Shown here in pieces: positions 9,614-18,596 of a DNA stretch of 64,000 nt (position 1 is the first letter of the stretch; every line of letters starts with the position of its first letter). The DNA is from Limnothrix sp. BL-A-16. GTDB lineage: Bacteria > Cyanobacteriota > Cyanobacteriia > CACIAM-69d. The stretch lies in assembly GCA_041937175.2 (NCBI GenBank), contig CP166615.1:1632001-1696000 (forward strand). Reading direction: 5' to 3'. The notes under the pieces were generated by a model that was not told the origin of the DNA, ran no database searches, and saw only the letters and a list, made by a program, of their open reading frames with translations. Both the position numbers and the translations under genes were made by a program.

Positions 9614-9806
9614 GATGTCAGTTTCCTTGCTTGTTGCGTGGGGGTTGAAAGGCTGGGGCGAGTGAGGGTCGCGCGATCGATCTCAGTACCACATCGGTGC
9701 AGCGAAAACACCCCAAGCCAATCATCATACGGCCGATTGGACGGCGGGGCGATCGATCCATAATGCAATCAGCAGTTTCACCGGCCCCGACAGGGCGCGA
9801 TCGATC

Positions 9807-10046
9807 ATGGTGACGTGGAAATCTTTAAGTGAGCAAGCCGAACAACTGTCCTGGCGTGATCGGCTGCTGTTGATCTGGCAACTGGTGCGATCGTTGGGCA
9901 GGCGATCGGCTCCAGTTCAGCCACCGAAAACGCGATCAGTGTTGGATGTTCTCCAGCCATTTGTGGGTGTGGGTGATGGGCCTGAAGACCTATCAACAAA
10001 TCCTAAGTATCTTGATGGATTGGGAGACAAAGAAATGTGGTGTTGA
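9807..10046 (+). CDS. Antitoxin-like small protein (orphaned)
   Basis: 79 aa; C-terminal GPEDLSTNPKYLDGLG resembles tails of antitoxins that precede PIN toxins. Confidence 0.6.
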   Translation: MVTWKSLSEQAEQLSWRDRLLLIWQLVRSLGRRSAPVQPPKTRSVLDVLQPFVGVGDGPEDLSTNPKYLDGLGDKEMWC

Positions 10047-10123
10047 CATTGGATAGCGATTTTTTGGTTTATCGAAGATTCGATCGCGAGCCAATTCCAA
10101 CGATTATGCCTCCACAGTCATGA
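10025..10123 (+). pseudogene. Remnant of a PIN/VapC toxin (C-terminal tail only)
   Basis: The frame reads RQRNVVLTLDSDFLVYRRFDREPIPTIMPPQS*; TLDxDFxxYR...IP is a typical PIN C-terminus; the rest of the domain is absent. Confidence 0.65.
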
Positions 10124-10147
10124 CTGATTGGGTTGTGATGATCAGCC

Positions 10148-12901
10148 CTACTTCGTATCCCCGATCGCCACGAAAGCCGCCCAGTTTTGGGGCCCCGGAT
10201 ATTGTGCCCGTACCTGCAACATGGCCGATCGCAAAGCCGTTGCCGCATCTTTCCCGGTGGCTCGTTCCGCATAGAAGATTTGCATCATCAGAGCCGTGGG
10301 TTCATCGGGCACTTTCCAAAGGCTGGCCACCACCGTCGGCACACCGGCCTTGAAAAATGCCCGTGCCAAACCGATCACCCCTTCACCGCTGACCGTTCCG
10401 CGGCCCGTGTCGCAAGCACTCAGCACCGCCAGCCGTGCTTGCAGGTTGCGATCGAAAATTTCCGCGATCGTGAGCCGTCCGTCCTCATTGCCGCCGGGAA
10501 CCAGGGCCAGCCAACTCTCCAACCCGCCATCGGCCGTTCTGGGCACAACACCATGGGTCGCAAAGTGCAGCAGACCCGCCCGATCGATCTGTTCTTTCAC
10601 CTTCGATTCGGTGGCTTGGGATCCAATTAACGGCTGGGCATTCAGGGTTTGGGCGATCGCCCGGGCCTCCGTTTCTGCGCCCTGCAAAGGGTTCAGGTTA
10701 TCCGGCATCGGATCGGGATTACCCACAATCAGCGCCGGGCCGTTGCTGGTTTGGGGACGGCGGGCCGCTGCTGCCAACACCGACACCGAAGGCGCAAAGG
10801 CCAGAGTGTGGCGATCGATTAAAAATTTGCCCGACTCATCCCGCAGGGCCGCAAAGGGAACCACCGCCAATTCCCGATGGGGAATGATGATCAATTTGCT
10901 GCCCGTTTCTGAAGGCAATAGGTCAGCGATCGGCTTGATCAACAGGTCATAGCCTTGCCGTAAATCCGTGGAATTAGCCGCGATCGGGTCGTTGCCCGTT
11001 CCTCGTAATTGATTCGCAAAATCATTCAGACCTTGATCATTGCCCCGCAGGCTCATTAACCGCAAAGTGACCGCACTGTTTCGCAAAGCCTCAGCCGTTT
11101 GACCCAAGCCTTTTGTGGAGTCGGGTAAGGGAACCTTCCGAAAGGCGATCGCCCCCTGAGGTGGAATCACCCAAATATATAGCTCTCCCCAAACGGCGGA
11201 ATAGTGAATAATTGTGCCGTTTTGCTGTTGGGCGATCGCCTGAATTTCAGCAGCCGTCAGAGATGAACTGGGGGATGTGGAATTGGACTGCAAAAAAGAC
11301 AGCAAAGAGCGGGCCCGGCCGCGATCGGCAACGACAACCCCTTCAGCCGTTTGATTCATGGCGATCAAGGTTCGTTGCAAGGATTGATAAACACTTTGTT
11401 GGGTTTCCAGTAGCGAAGTGCGATCGCGATCGTTCTGGCCCAAATCAGTTTGAATGGCTTCTAAGCTGTCTAAGCCAGACTGCAACATCTGGGCAGATTT
11501 TGCCAATTGATTGGTATAGAAATAAGCAAGGCCGAGGTTGCTAAGTGTCATGGCTGCTACCTCGCGATCGCCAATGGATCGGGCGATCGACAAGGACTGT
11601 TCGTAATAGTCAATAGCACGCTGATATTGTTTGAGAGCGTAGTGAGCCATTCCCAAAACACTCAGGGAGTAAGCTTCTCCCGCTCGATCGCCAATTTTGC
11701 GTTTAATTGCTAGGGACTGTTCATGATAGGCGATGGCGCGTTGATAGTCTCCGAGGTCATGGTAACTATTACCCAAGCTACTCAAAACCACGGATTCACC
11801 CGCTTGATCACCGATCGCCCGCTGAATTACTAAAGCTTGTTCATAATAAGTAATCGCCTGCTGATGCTGACCTAGATCGTTATAGGCATTGCCCAAACTA
11901 TTCAGAGAAGTAGCTTCTCCATTGCGATCGCCAATTTCGCGCTTAATCGCCAGGGATTGTTCTTGATATTCAATTGCCCGCTGAGACTGACCAAGGGAAT
12001 TGTAGATCCCGCCAAGATTACCGAGTGAAATGGCCTCCCCATTGCGATCGCCAATTTCGCGCTTAATCGCCAGGGCTTGTTCTTGATAATTAATCGCTCG
12101 TTGATATTGACCCAATGAGCTGTAAATAGTACCAAGATTGCCCAGAGAAATTGCTTCTCCCTGGCGATCGCCCAATTGGCGATCGAGGGCTAAAGATTGC
12201 TCATGATAGTCAAGGGCACGCTGATAGTTGCCCAAGGCTTGGTAGGCTAATCCCAAATTACCTAAAGAAGCAGAAATTCCTCGTTGATTGCCGATCGCTC
12301 GGTCAATTTCCAGAGATTGTTCGTAATAGGTAATGGCGCGTTGATATTGTCCAAGTTGGTTATAAGCAATGCCCAGACTGCCAAGGGAATCGGCCAGGCC
12401 TGCTTGGTTACCTAATTGACGTTTGATCGCCAGGGATTGCTCATAATAGGTAATCGCACGTTGATAGTCTCCGAGGGATTGATAAGCATTGCCCAGGTTA
12501 TGAAGAGACCGGGCAGCTCCCTGGAAATTTCCCCGTTGGCGATCGAGGGCTAAGGCCTGTTCGTGATATTCAACGGCGCGTTGGTATTGACCCAAAGCAT
12601 CATAGGCATTGCCCAAATTTCCGAGGGCCGCTGCTTCCCCGCTCTGAGATCGAAGGGCGCGATAAATTTCCAGTGCTGCTTCCCAGGACTGAAGGGCCGC
12701 CCGAAACTGACTGGTTTGGTATTGTTGAATTCCCTGTTGCAACAGTCGATCGGCCGTTGGCTTTTGGGGCGAGTTGGGGCCAGACTGGGCGAGGTGCAAG
12801 GGCGAATTGACCGGCAGCGGTAGGGCGATCGCCCCCGTTGTGCCCAGAACCCACAGCAACCCACTAACCCATAGTCCTCGCATAACCCATTCCCCCGACA
12901 T
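10148..12901 (-). CDS. TPR-CHAT (caspase-like peptidase) protein
   Basis: Hydrophobic N-terminus, about 11 40-aa TPR repeats (SLGNLG.AY..LGQYQRAI.Y.EQSL), CHAT dyad LHFATHG / VLSACDTG, VASLWKV; start uncertain (12919/12901/12883). Confidence 0.92.
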   Translation of the reverse strand: MSGEWVMRGLWVSGLLWVLGTTGAIALPLPVNSPLHLAQSGPNSPQKPTADRLLQQGIQQYQTSQFRAALQSWEAALEIYRALRSQSGEAAALGNLGNAYDALGQYQRAVEYHEQALALDRQRGNFQGAARSLHNLGNAYQSLGDYQRAITYYEQSLAIKRQLGNQAGLADSLGSLGIAYNQLGQYQRAITYYEQSLEIDRAIGNQRGISASLGNLGLAYQALGNYQRALDYHEQSLALDRQLGDRQGEAISLGNLGTIYSSLGQYQRAINYQEQALAIKREIGDRNGEAISLGNLGGIYNSLGQSQRAIEYQEQSLAIKREIGDRNGEATSLNSLGNAYNDLGQHQQAITYYEQALVIQRAIGDQAGESVVLSSLGNSYHDLGDYQRAIAYHEQSLAIKRKIGDRAGEAYSLSVLGMAHYALKQYQRAIDYYEQSLSIARSIGDREVAAMTLSNLGLAYFYTNQLAKSAQMLQSGLDSLEAIQTDLGQNDRDRTSLLETQQSVYQSLQRTLIAMNQTAEGVVVADRGRARSLLSFLQSNSTSPSSSLTAAEIQAIAQQQNGTIIHYSAVWGELYIWVIPPQGAIAFRKVPLPDSTKGLGQTAEALRNSAVTLRLMSLRGNDQGLNDFANQLRGTGNDPIAANSTDLRQGYDLLIKPIADLLPSETGSKLIIIPHRELAVVPFAALRDESGKFLIDRHTLAFAPSVSVLAAAARRPQTSNGPALIVGNPDPMPDNLNPLQGAETEARAIAQTLNAQPLIGSQATESKVKEQIDRAGLLHFATHGVVPRTADGGLESWLALVPGGNEDGRLTIAEIFDRNLQARLAVLSACDTGRGTVSGEGVIGLARAFFKAGVPTVVASLWKVPDEPTALMMQIFYAERATGKDAATALRSAMLQVRAQYPGPQNWAAFVAIGDTK

Positions 12902-13044
12902 GAGCGATCGCCTCGCCACCCACCATAGCCCCGCAATTTTTCAAGCGTCACCCGTGGGTACTGAGTCAGGCGTGATCGCCCCGGCAGACCATGGCAGAAT
13001 GAGAACCGGTTTTCCGTCCCAAATCGCAACCCGGTAACTGTCCT

Positions 13045-13284
13045 ATGCCTCCCCGTTGGCCCCGTGAACCCGATCGCGCCGACCCTGAATATCGCAAACT
13101 CGACGATCGGATGACCTTTGCTACCCATGTGGCGATTTTTGCCGCCAGCAACTCTGGCCTGTGGTTTTTTGAAACCCTGAACCGGGCGAGTGATCCTTGG
13201 GCCGTTTGGGTCACCCTGGGCTGGTTGGGAGCCTTGACCCTCCATGGGGTTTATATCTTCGCGATCGCGGACTATTCCGCCTAG
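13045..13284 (+). CDS. 2TM-domain small membrane protein
   Basis: MPPRWPR..DR.DPEYRKLDDRMTFATHVAIFAASNSGLWFF; two hydrophobic segments. Confidence 0.8.
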   Translation: MPPRWPREPDRADPEYRKLDDRMTFATHVAIFAASNSGLWFFETLNRASDPWAVWVTLGWLGALTLHGVYIFAIADYSA

Positions 13285-13295
13285 ATGGGTTGCCC

Positions 13296-15119
13296 ATGAC
13301 TGCGTTGCTAGAGGCGATCGAACAAGCCCTGGATCATTGGGATCGTCAGCCCTTTGCGCCGGAACCCCTGGCCCAATTGCGGAATCTGCGTCGTCAATTG
13401 GCGGAACAGTGGCTGGCCACGCCGGACGCAGCCATGGCGACCCAATGGGAAACCGGACGCGCCGCCCAAGCGGCCCTTTGGGATTGCAACTTGCGCTATG
13501 AAGCCTTGACCCCCGAGGAACGCCAGTGGCTGGAGCCGATCGAGCGGGAATTGGCCGCCACTTGGCCGGCTCCCCGCCTCCAATCGGTTTGGGCGATCGC
13601 CCTCTACCAACGGGCCGAAACCTGGCTGTCCGATCTGCATGGGTTGCAACTGCCGCCTTGGGCGATCGAACCTTTTTTTGACTATTGCTTGGCCTTTCCC
13701 TGCTTTTTTCGGGAATTGGGCGAGGTCGATCGCTATGCCAACTTCACCATCGCCCTGGTGGACTATTTGCATGAACAAATTTTCCGCTATCCGCAATCGG
13801 CACAATGGCAAAAAATCGCCCTGACCTTTAGTAACTTGGCGAACCTGGTTCCGCTTTATTTTTGCGATCGGAACTTGCGATCGACCTTTGCCAAACGGGC
13901 CGCGATTTTGGAATTTTCCCTGCGGTTAGCGGGCCATCAGTTGGAATATGACTTTGCACCCCGATCGCCCGATCACCCCAAAATTCGGCTCGGAATCCTG
14001 AAAACCAATTATTTATCTCACCCGGAAACTTTTACAACGTTTCCGGTGTTTGAGTGGCTCGATCGCGATCGGTTTGAAGTGATTTTGTATGTCATTGATC
14101 GCGATCCAGATTTGCTGAATGCCTATCAACAACGCCGATCGGGAGATGCGATCGTGCCGCTGGTGGGTGATTTAAAACAACAGGTGGCCCGAATTCGGCA
14201 AGATGATTTGGATTTGCTGTTGGTGGCCACGATCGTCACCAATTCCCTGCATCGGGTGTTGATGATTGGGGCCCATCGGTTGGCGCGGGTGCAAATCCAT
14301 TCCGTTTCTTCCCCCGTCACCAGCGGCATGACCCATATGGATTACTACCTGTCGGGTCAGCTCACGGAAATCGCCACCGCCGCCGCCCATTATCAAGAAA
14401 AGTTGCTCTGTGTGTCAGGGCCGGCCCACTGTTTTGACTATTCCTTGGAAGCCGCCGAACCGCGATTAGTGATCGATCGGGCCAGTGTGGGGATTCCTGA
14501 GGGGGCGATCGCCTTTGTTTCGGGAGCCAATTTATATAAAACCATCCCCGAACAGCGGGAAACTTGGGCGAAATTGCTGGCGGCGATTCCTGATAGTTAC
14601 CTATTGCTTTGTCCCTTTGGAGCCAGTTGGAAACGCAACTATCCCAAGGTGCAATTTTGGCAGCGCTTACGGGAAACCTTGGCCGCCCATGGAGTCAATC
14701 CCGATCGAGCCATTGTGTTTGACCAACTGCCCAGCCGCGCCGATGTGAAAGCGGTGTTGCAATTGGCTGATATCTATCTCGACTCGTTTCCCTTTGGTGG
14801 GGCGAATTCCATTGTGGATGCGATCGAGGTGGGGTTGCCGGTGGTGGCCCGCGAAAGTGACTGGTTTCGATCGCGCCAAGGAGCCGCCATTTTGCGCGAT
14901 GTGGACTTGGGAGATTGGGTCGCCCGCTCAGAGGCAGATTACCTGGCTCTGGCGGGGCGTTTGGCGGCGGATCCAACCCTACGGCAATCGATTCGCCATC
15001 ACCTGACCCGAGCCTTGGCCCAGCCACCGCGCTGCCTGGACAGCCGAGCCTACGCGGCCGAGGTGAGCCAGCAGTTGATGCGGGCGTTGGAACAGTGGCA
15101 GGGCGATCGGGTTGAGTGA
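13296..15119 (+). CDS. GT41 (OGT/SPINDLY/HMW1C-like) glycosyltransferase
   Basis: KIRLGIL, RIRQDDLDLL, HRLARVQ...SPVTSGMTHMDYYLS, FVSGANLYK, DIYLDSFPFGGANSIVDAIEVGLPVV; ATG at 13296. Confidence 0.85.
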   Translation: MTALLEAIEQALDHWDRQPFAPEPLAQLRNLRRQLAEQWLATPDAAMATQWETGRAAQAALWDCNLRYEALTPEERQWLEPIERELAATWPAPRLQSVWAIALYQRAETWLSDLHGLQLPPWAIEPFFDYCLAFPCFFRELGEVDRYANFTIALVDYLHEQIFRYPQSAQWQKIALTFSNLANLVPLYFCDRNLRSTFAKRAAILEFSLRLAGHQLEYDFAPRSPDHPKIRLGILKTNYLSHPETFTTFPVFEWLDRDRFEVILYVIDRDPDLLNAYQQRRSGDAIVPLVGDLKQQVARIRQDDLDLLLVATIVTNSLHRVLMIGAHRLARVQIHSVSSPVTSGMTHMDYYLSGQLTEIATAAAHYQEKLLCVSGPAHCFDYSLEAAEPRLVIDRASVGIPEGAIAFVSGANLYKTIPEQRETWAKLLAAIPDSYLLLCPFGASWKRNYPKVQFWQRLRETLAAHGVNPDRAIVFDQLPSRADVKAVLQLADIYLDSFPFGGANSIVDAIEVGLPVVARESDWFRSRQGAAILRDVDLGDWVARSEADYLALAGRLAADPTLRQSIRHHLTRALAQPPRCLDSRAYAAEVSQQLMRALEQWQGDRVE

Positions 15120-15154
15120 TCGAACCTAGTAGCGCGACAGGCTTAATACATTGG

Positions 15155-15222
15155 GTCAAAGTTGCGGAGCCAGTCAAAGTTGCGGAGCCAGTCGTGTTAA
15201 CAAGGGGCTTGAGCATCTTGTT
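15155..15222. repeat. 18-bp tandem duplication plus REP-like palindrome variant
   Basis: GTCAAAGTTGCGGAGCCA x2 (15155-15190); CAAGGGGCTTGAGCATCTTG at 15201-15220. Confidence 0.8.
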
Positions 15223-15287
15223 GCTTAACGATCAGGTGACGGTAACAGCCATATCATTTGACCCAGCGAATTAAGGCAGCCACGCTA

Positions 15288-15761
15288 CTAGGGCGCAGTT
15301 TGACCGTCGCCGGTCGATCGTTGCATTTGCAGCAGCGACCCGTTGTAAGGGTTCGGTAAGTCCTGTGTCCGAATCCAAGGATCAGACAGGCTTTGGCGCT
15401 GAAGCACCTCGTAATACAGGCGGCTGATGTTGCGGCTGTCGGCGTTTGTGCCCTTTTCGGGGAACGGCAGCCCTAGGATGACCTGCAACTGTCCCCAAAT
15501 CGTTTGATCGGTGTGGGTTGGGGGGTTGTGGCGATAAAACGTTGCGTCAAAGGCTTGGGGAATGGTGGTGATCGGAATGGCGGCCGAGGAACGGCTGCCG
15601 GGAGTACCGGTTTGCGCCGGGCCGCTGCCCAAGGGGTCGTTTGGCCCCGGCACAATGACCCGATCGCCATAGTCAGCCGACTGGGCCAAGGCGGGGCCCA
15701 CGCTCAAAACCGTGGCGGCGATCGCCGAGCCGATCACAGTAGCCCAAGTGGTGGTCTTCAT
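15288..15761 (-). CDS. Hypothetical secreted protein
   Basis: Signal peptide (MKTTTWATVIGSAIAATVLSVGPALA); FPE...Y..VLQRQ..SDP.IRTQDLPNPYNGSL C-terminal block. Confidence 0.7.
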   Translation of the reverse strand: MKTTTWATVIGSAIAATVLSVGPALAQSADYGDRVIVPGPNDPLGSGPAQTGTPGSRSSAAIPITTIPQAFDATFYRHNPPTHTDQTIWGQLQVILGLPFPEKGTNADSRNISRLYYEVLQRQSLSDPWIRTQDLPNPYNGSLLQMQRSTGDGQTAP

Positions 15762-15926
15762 TTACTTTGCTCCTAATCGATCGCAGTCTTGCATCGTGCT
15801 CGATCGCTTCTCAGACGACCGCCAACGAGTCACGGGCCAATGGCTCCAAAGATCAGCCCCATCTTGCCACGGGTTCCCGAAAGGATGCAATGGACGAAGA
15901 GTTTGCAGAGTCCTGATTCCCAATCC

Positions 15927-16850
15927 TTAAAGATCCAAATAACGCCCAGAACTGTCCTGGGGTCGGGCATGGAGATAGCGGCCTGTGGTGGCAATGCTGG
16001 CATGGCCCAGGGTGGCTTGCACCAGGTGAATCGGCGCACCCCGATCGAGGCTGTGGCTGGCGTGGGCGTGGCGCAACCAGTGGGGCGAAACATTGGCCTC
16101 AATGCCCACTCGCTGGGCTGCCGATCGCACAATTCGCATCAGTTGCGAGGGATCCAGGTGGCCCCCCTTGCGGCTCCGAAAAATCGGATCTTGGCGATGG
16201 GGCAACGGCTCGATCGACTCGCGATAGGCCTGGAGTTCTTGCCAGAGCGTTGGCGGCAGCAACACCGCGCGGGTTTTGTTGCCCTTGCCATAGACCGTCA
16301 CTTGGCCCCCATCCCCTCGGGGTTGCAAATCTCGCCAACAAAGTCCACAAAGCTCACTAGCTCGCACCCCGGCCGCATAGAGCAATCGCAACATTAATCG
16401 ATTGCGCAGTTGTGGTTCTGCCGCCAGCATTTCTTGTACTTGAGTCTCACTTAAAATTCGCTCCGAAAGAGTGTCTTTCGTACTGGGGACTTTAAAAGCC
16501 ACTGCCGGATTGTCGGGAGCCAGGCCCATTTGATGCGCAAACCGCAGCAGGGATTTAATGGCCGCGATCGAACGGCCCATGCTGCTCGGAGCCAGTCGAT
16601 CGCGCTCCAACTCATCCAAAAACCCCTGCACATCAATGGCGCTCACCTGCTCGATCGGGCAATCCACAAAAGCCAGAAACCGCAAGGCCTCCCGCTGGTA
16701 ATAGCGACGGGTGTGGCGACTTTTGCCATGGAGCCACAGGGCCAAGAGTCGTTCATGGGCTGGCGAAAGGGGCAAATCTGGGCGATCGACCCGATCGGGT
16801 TCAGGCCGTGAGCCGATCGATTTTCGAGAAGCGCCGCCCAATTTCGCCAT
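15927..16850 (-). CDS. Tyrosine recombinase (XerC/XerD-like, stand-alone)
   Basis: SAM-like N-terminus (KSRHTRRYY), catalytic R (GVRASEL), K (GKGNKTR), HWLRH, LGHAS and nucleophile Y (TGRYLH) all intact. Confidence 0.93.
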   Translation of the reverse strand: MAKLGGASRKSIGSRPEPDRVDRPDLPLSPAHERLLALWLHGKSRHTRRYYQREALRFLAFVDCPIEQVSAIDVQGFLDELERDRLAPSSMGRSIAAIKSLLRFAHQMGLAPDNPAVAFKVPSTKDTLSERILSETQVQEMLAAEPQLRNRLMLRLLYAAGVRASELCGLCWRDLQPRGDGGQVTVYGKGNKTRAVLLPPTLWQELQAYRESIEPLPHRQDPIFRSRKGGHLDPSQLMRIVRSAAQRVGIEANVSPHWLRHAHASHSLDRGAPIHLVQATLGHASIATTGRYLHARPQDSSGRYLDL

Positions 16851-16983
16851 GAAACCTTTCCCCCAGAACCTATTCCATAATCATCATAATTGTTTAAACA
16901 GAAGTTTAAAGTCTCAAAGCCTGTCACAACCGAGTTTTAAGCGAATGTTTAGGATATTAAAAAAGCCCAAATTAATCTGCTGT

Positions 16984-17010
16984 TGATCTGATTGATAATC
17001 ACTCAGATCA
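16984..17010. repeat. 13-1-13 inverted repeat upstream of the recombinase
   Basis: TGATCTGATTGAT-a-ATCACTCAGATCA (one mismatch). Confidence 0.7.
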
Positions 17011-17044
17011 TTCGATTGATCGATGAAAATAAAGGCTACCGATC

Positions 17045-17476
17045 AATCAAGACAAGGGGCTTAAGCCCCTTGCTCCCAGGTGATGGAAACTATGATCGAA
17101 AAATCAAGATAAAGGTTACCAATCAAGACAAGGGGCTTAAGCCCCTTGCTCCCAGGTGATGGAAACTATGATCGAAAAATCAAGATAAAGGTTACCAATC
17201 AAGACAAGGGGCTTAAGCCCCTTGCTCCCAGGTGATGGAAACTATGATCGAAAAATCAAGATAAAGGTTACCAATCAAGACAAGGGGCTTAGGGGGTGTC
17301 GTCATTTTTCAAGGTGATGCTAGAACGGTTGATCTTCTGTGTCCTAACCGTCGTAACAAGATGCTCAAGCCCCTTGTCCCTCACGATCCGCTAACGGCAG
17401 ATCTAGGGTTTCGGGTTAAACGACGACAGGCCCTAAGCCCCTTGCTCCCAGGTGATGAAAACTATGATCGAAAAAT
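17045..17476. repeat. 76-bp tandem array (3 identical units plus a partial 4th interrupted by a MITE)
   Basis: Units at 17045, 17121, 17197 and 17273; each has the 20-bp palindrome and the reverse complement of the last codons (IFRS*) of the adjacent lysE-family gene. Confidence 0.95.
17292..17433. mobile_element. MITE family A, copy 2 (142 bp), inserted in the centre of the palindrome with TA duplication
   Basis: CAAGGGGCTTA|GGGGGTGTCGTCA...CGACGACAGGCCC|TAAGCCCCTTG; removing the element and one TA restores the array unit. Confidence 0.9.
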
Positions 17477-18121
17477 GACCACCAAGCCCACCATAATCAT
17501 CATCACCGCCGCCACCCGATTCATCATCACCCCTAGCCGTTGGCCAAAACGCAACCTAGCACGACTCGCCAAATAGACATATCCCAATTTAACGCCACCC
17601 ACCGCCAAAGCCGCAATCGCCATCAGCAACAGAATATCCAAAGTTGTCAACCGCTTCAAATCGACAAAAGCTGGCAAAAATCCTAAATAAAACAAAACAG
17701 CCTTTTGATCACCCAAAGTAATCGCTAAACCGGTGATGAAGTGCCCCCAACTCGATGTCCGCATAGAAATAGTTTCGGTTGGCTCCAGTTCCTCCGTAGC
17801 GCTCAGGGAGTCATGGTTAATGCGCGATCGCTCCGTTGAACGCCACAACAAATAGCCGATCGTTATCAAATAAGCACCGCCCAAATACTGAACAACAGCA
17901 AAAGCATTCCCCAGCGATTCAACCAGCAGGGTTAGACCAAACACCGCCAGCAAAATCAACAGTAAATCCCCCAGAACAATGCCCAGCGTTGTCCAAGCGC
18001 CTGACCGGAACCCTCCTTGAGCTGCGGCCGCCACCACCGTGAAAACACTGACACTGGGTAATGTGGCCAGGACTGTCATTGCTCCAAAAAGTGCAATTAT
18101 GCTAGAAAATTCAAAGCTCAT
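17462..18121 (-). CDS. LysE/RhtB family translocator
   Basis: LPSVSVFTVV, GIVLGD, QYLGGAYL, GLAITLGDQKAVLFYLGFLPAFVD motifs; multiple TM segments. Confidence 0.88.
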   Translation of the reverse strand: MSFEFSSIIALFGAMTVLATLPSVSVFTVVAAAAQGGFRSGAWTTLGIVLGDLLLILLAVFGLTLLVESLGNAFAVVQYLGGAYLITIGYLLWRSTERSRINHDSLSATEELEPTETISMRTSSWGHFITGLAITLGDQKAVLFYLGFLPAFVDLKRLTTLDILLLMAIAALAVGGVKLGYVYLASRARLRFGQRLGVMMNRVAAVMMIMVGLVVIFRS

Positions 18122-18596
18122 TTGAGTTTTTATTTTTAAGTGATCTATTTAAGTAAATTGTTCGGATATTTATAAATTTGTTTTGTAAGGCAAATTTAAA
18201 TTTTTTAGTGAATTTTATGTAATACATAAAGTCTATTATAAAAACTTGCTTTAAAGATTTTTTAAGTACCCTTAAAGCGCTTTTATTGCACCCACTGTAA
18301 CGCAAACAGACGCGATCGCCCCTCAAAGCCAGCCTATCAGCCGCCATGATCATGATTGCGGCCTATAAATTGCGATACAAAACCACAAAGCTAAAAAACC
18401 AGCTCGGCCGCGCCGATCGCGCCGTTTCGCCCAACCGAGGCCAGTCCTCGATCGCCAACTAAGACCCCATGGGCGATTCAGAACTTGGAACAGTCCACAA
18501 GACCAGCGAAATGAGTCGTCTATGATATGCACAATCGTGCAGCGGGGCTGATGGCTAGCTCGCACGGGGTGAGGAGTTGCACCGGGTTTCAGAGCT

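Noticed and set aside
9614..9800. Riboswitch (ZTP/glycine/THF) upstream of glyA
   Set aside because: No recognisable conserved motif by eye; an Rfam scan would be needed
16870..16900. dif-like site (CATAA-6nt-TAATTGTTTAA) upstream of the recombinase
   Set aside because: Only the CATAA half resembles dif; the XerD-arm match is poor
17045..17476. 76-bp periodic array with palindromic repeats as a CRISPR array
   Set aside because: The intervening sequences are identical rather than unique spacers, the unit contains the lysE-family 3' end, and there are no cas genes
15927..18300. Prophage or integrative element anchored on the recombinase
   Set aside because: No phage, conjugation or replication genes, no att direct repeats, and no adjacent tRNA
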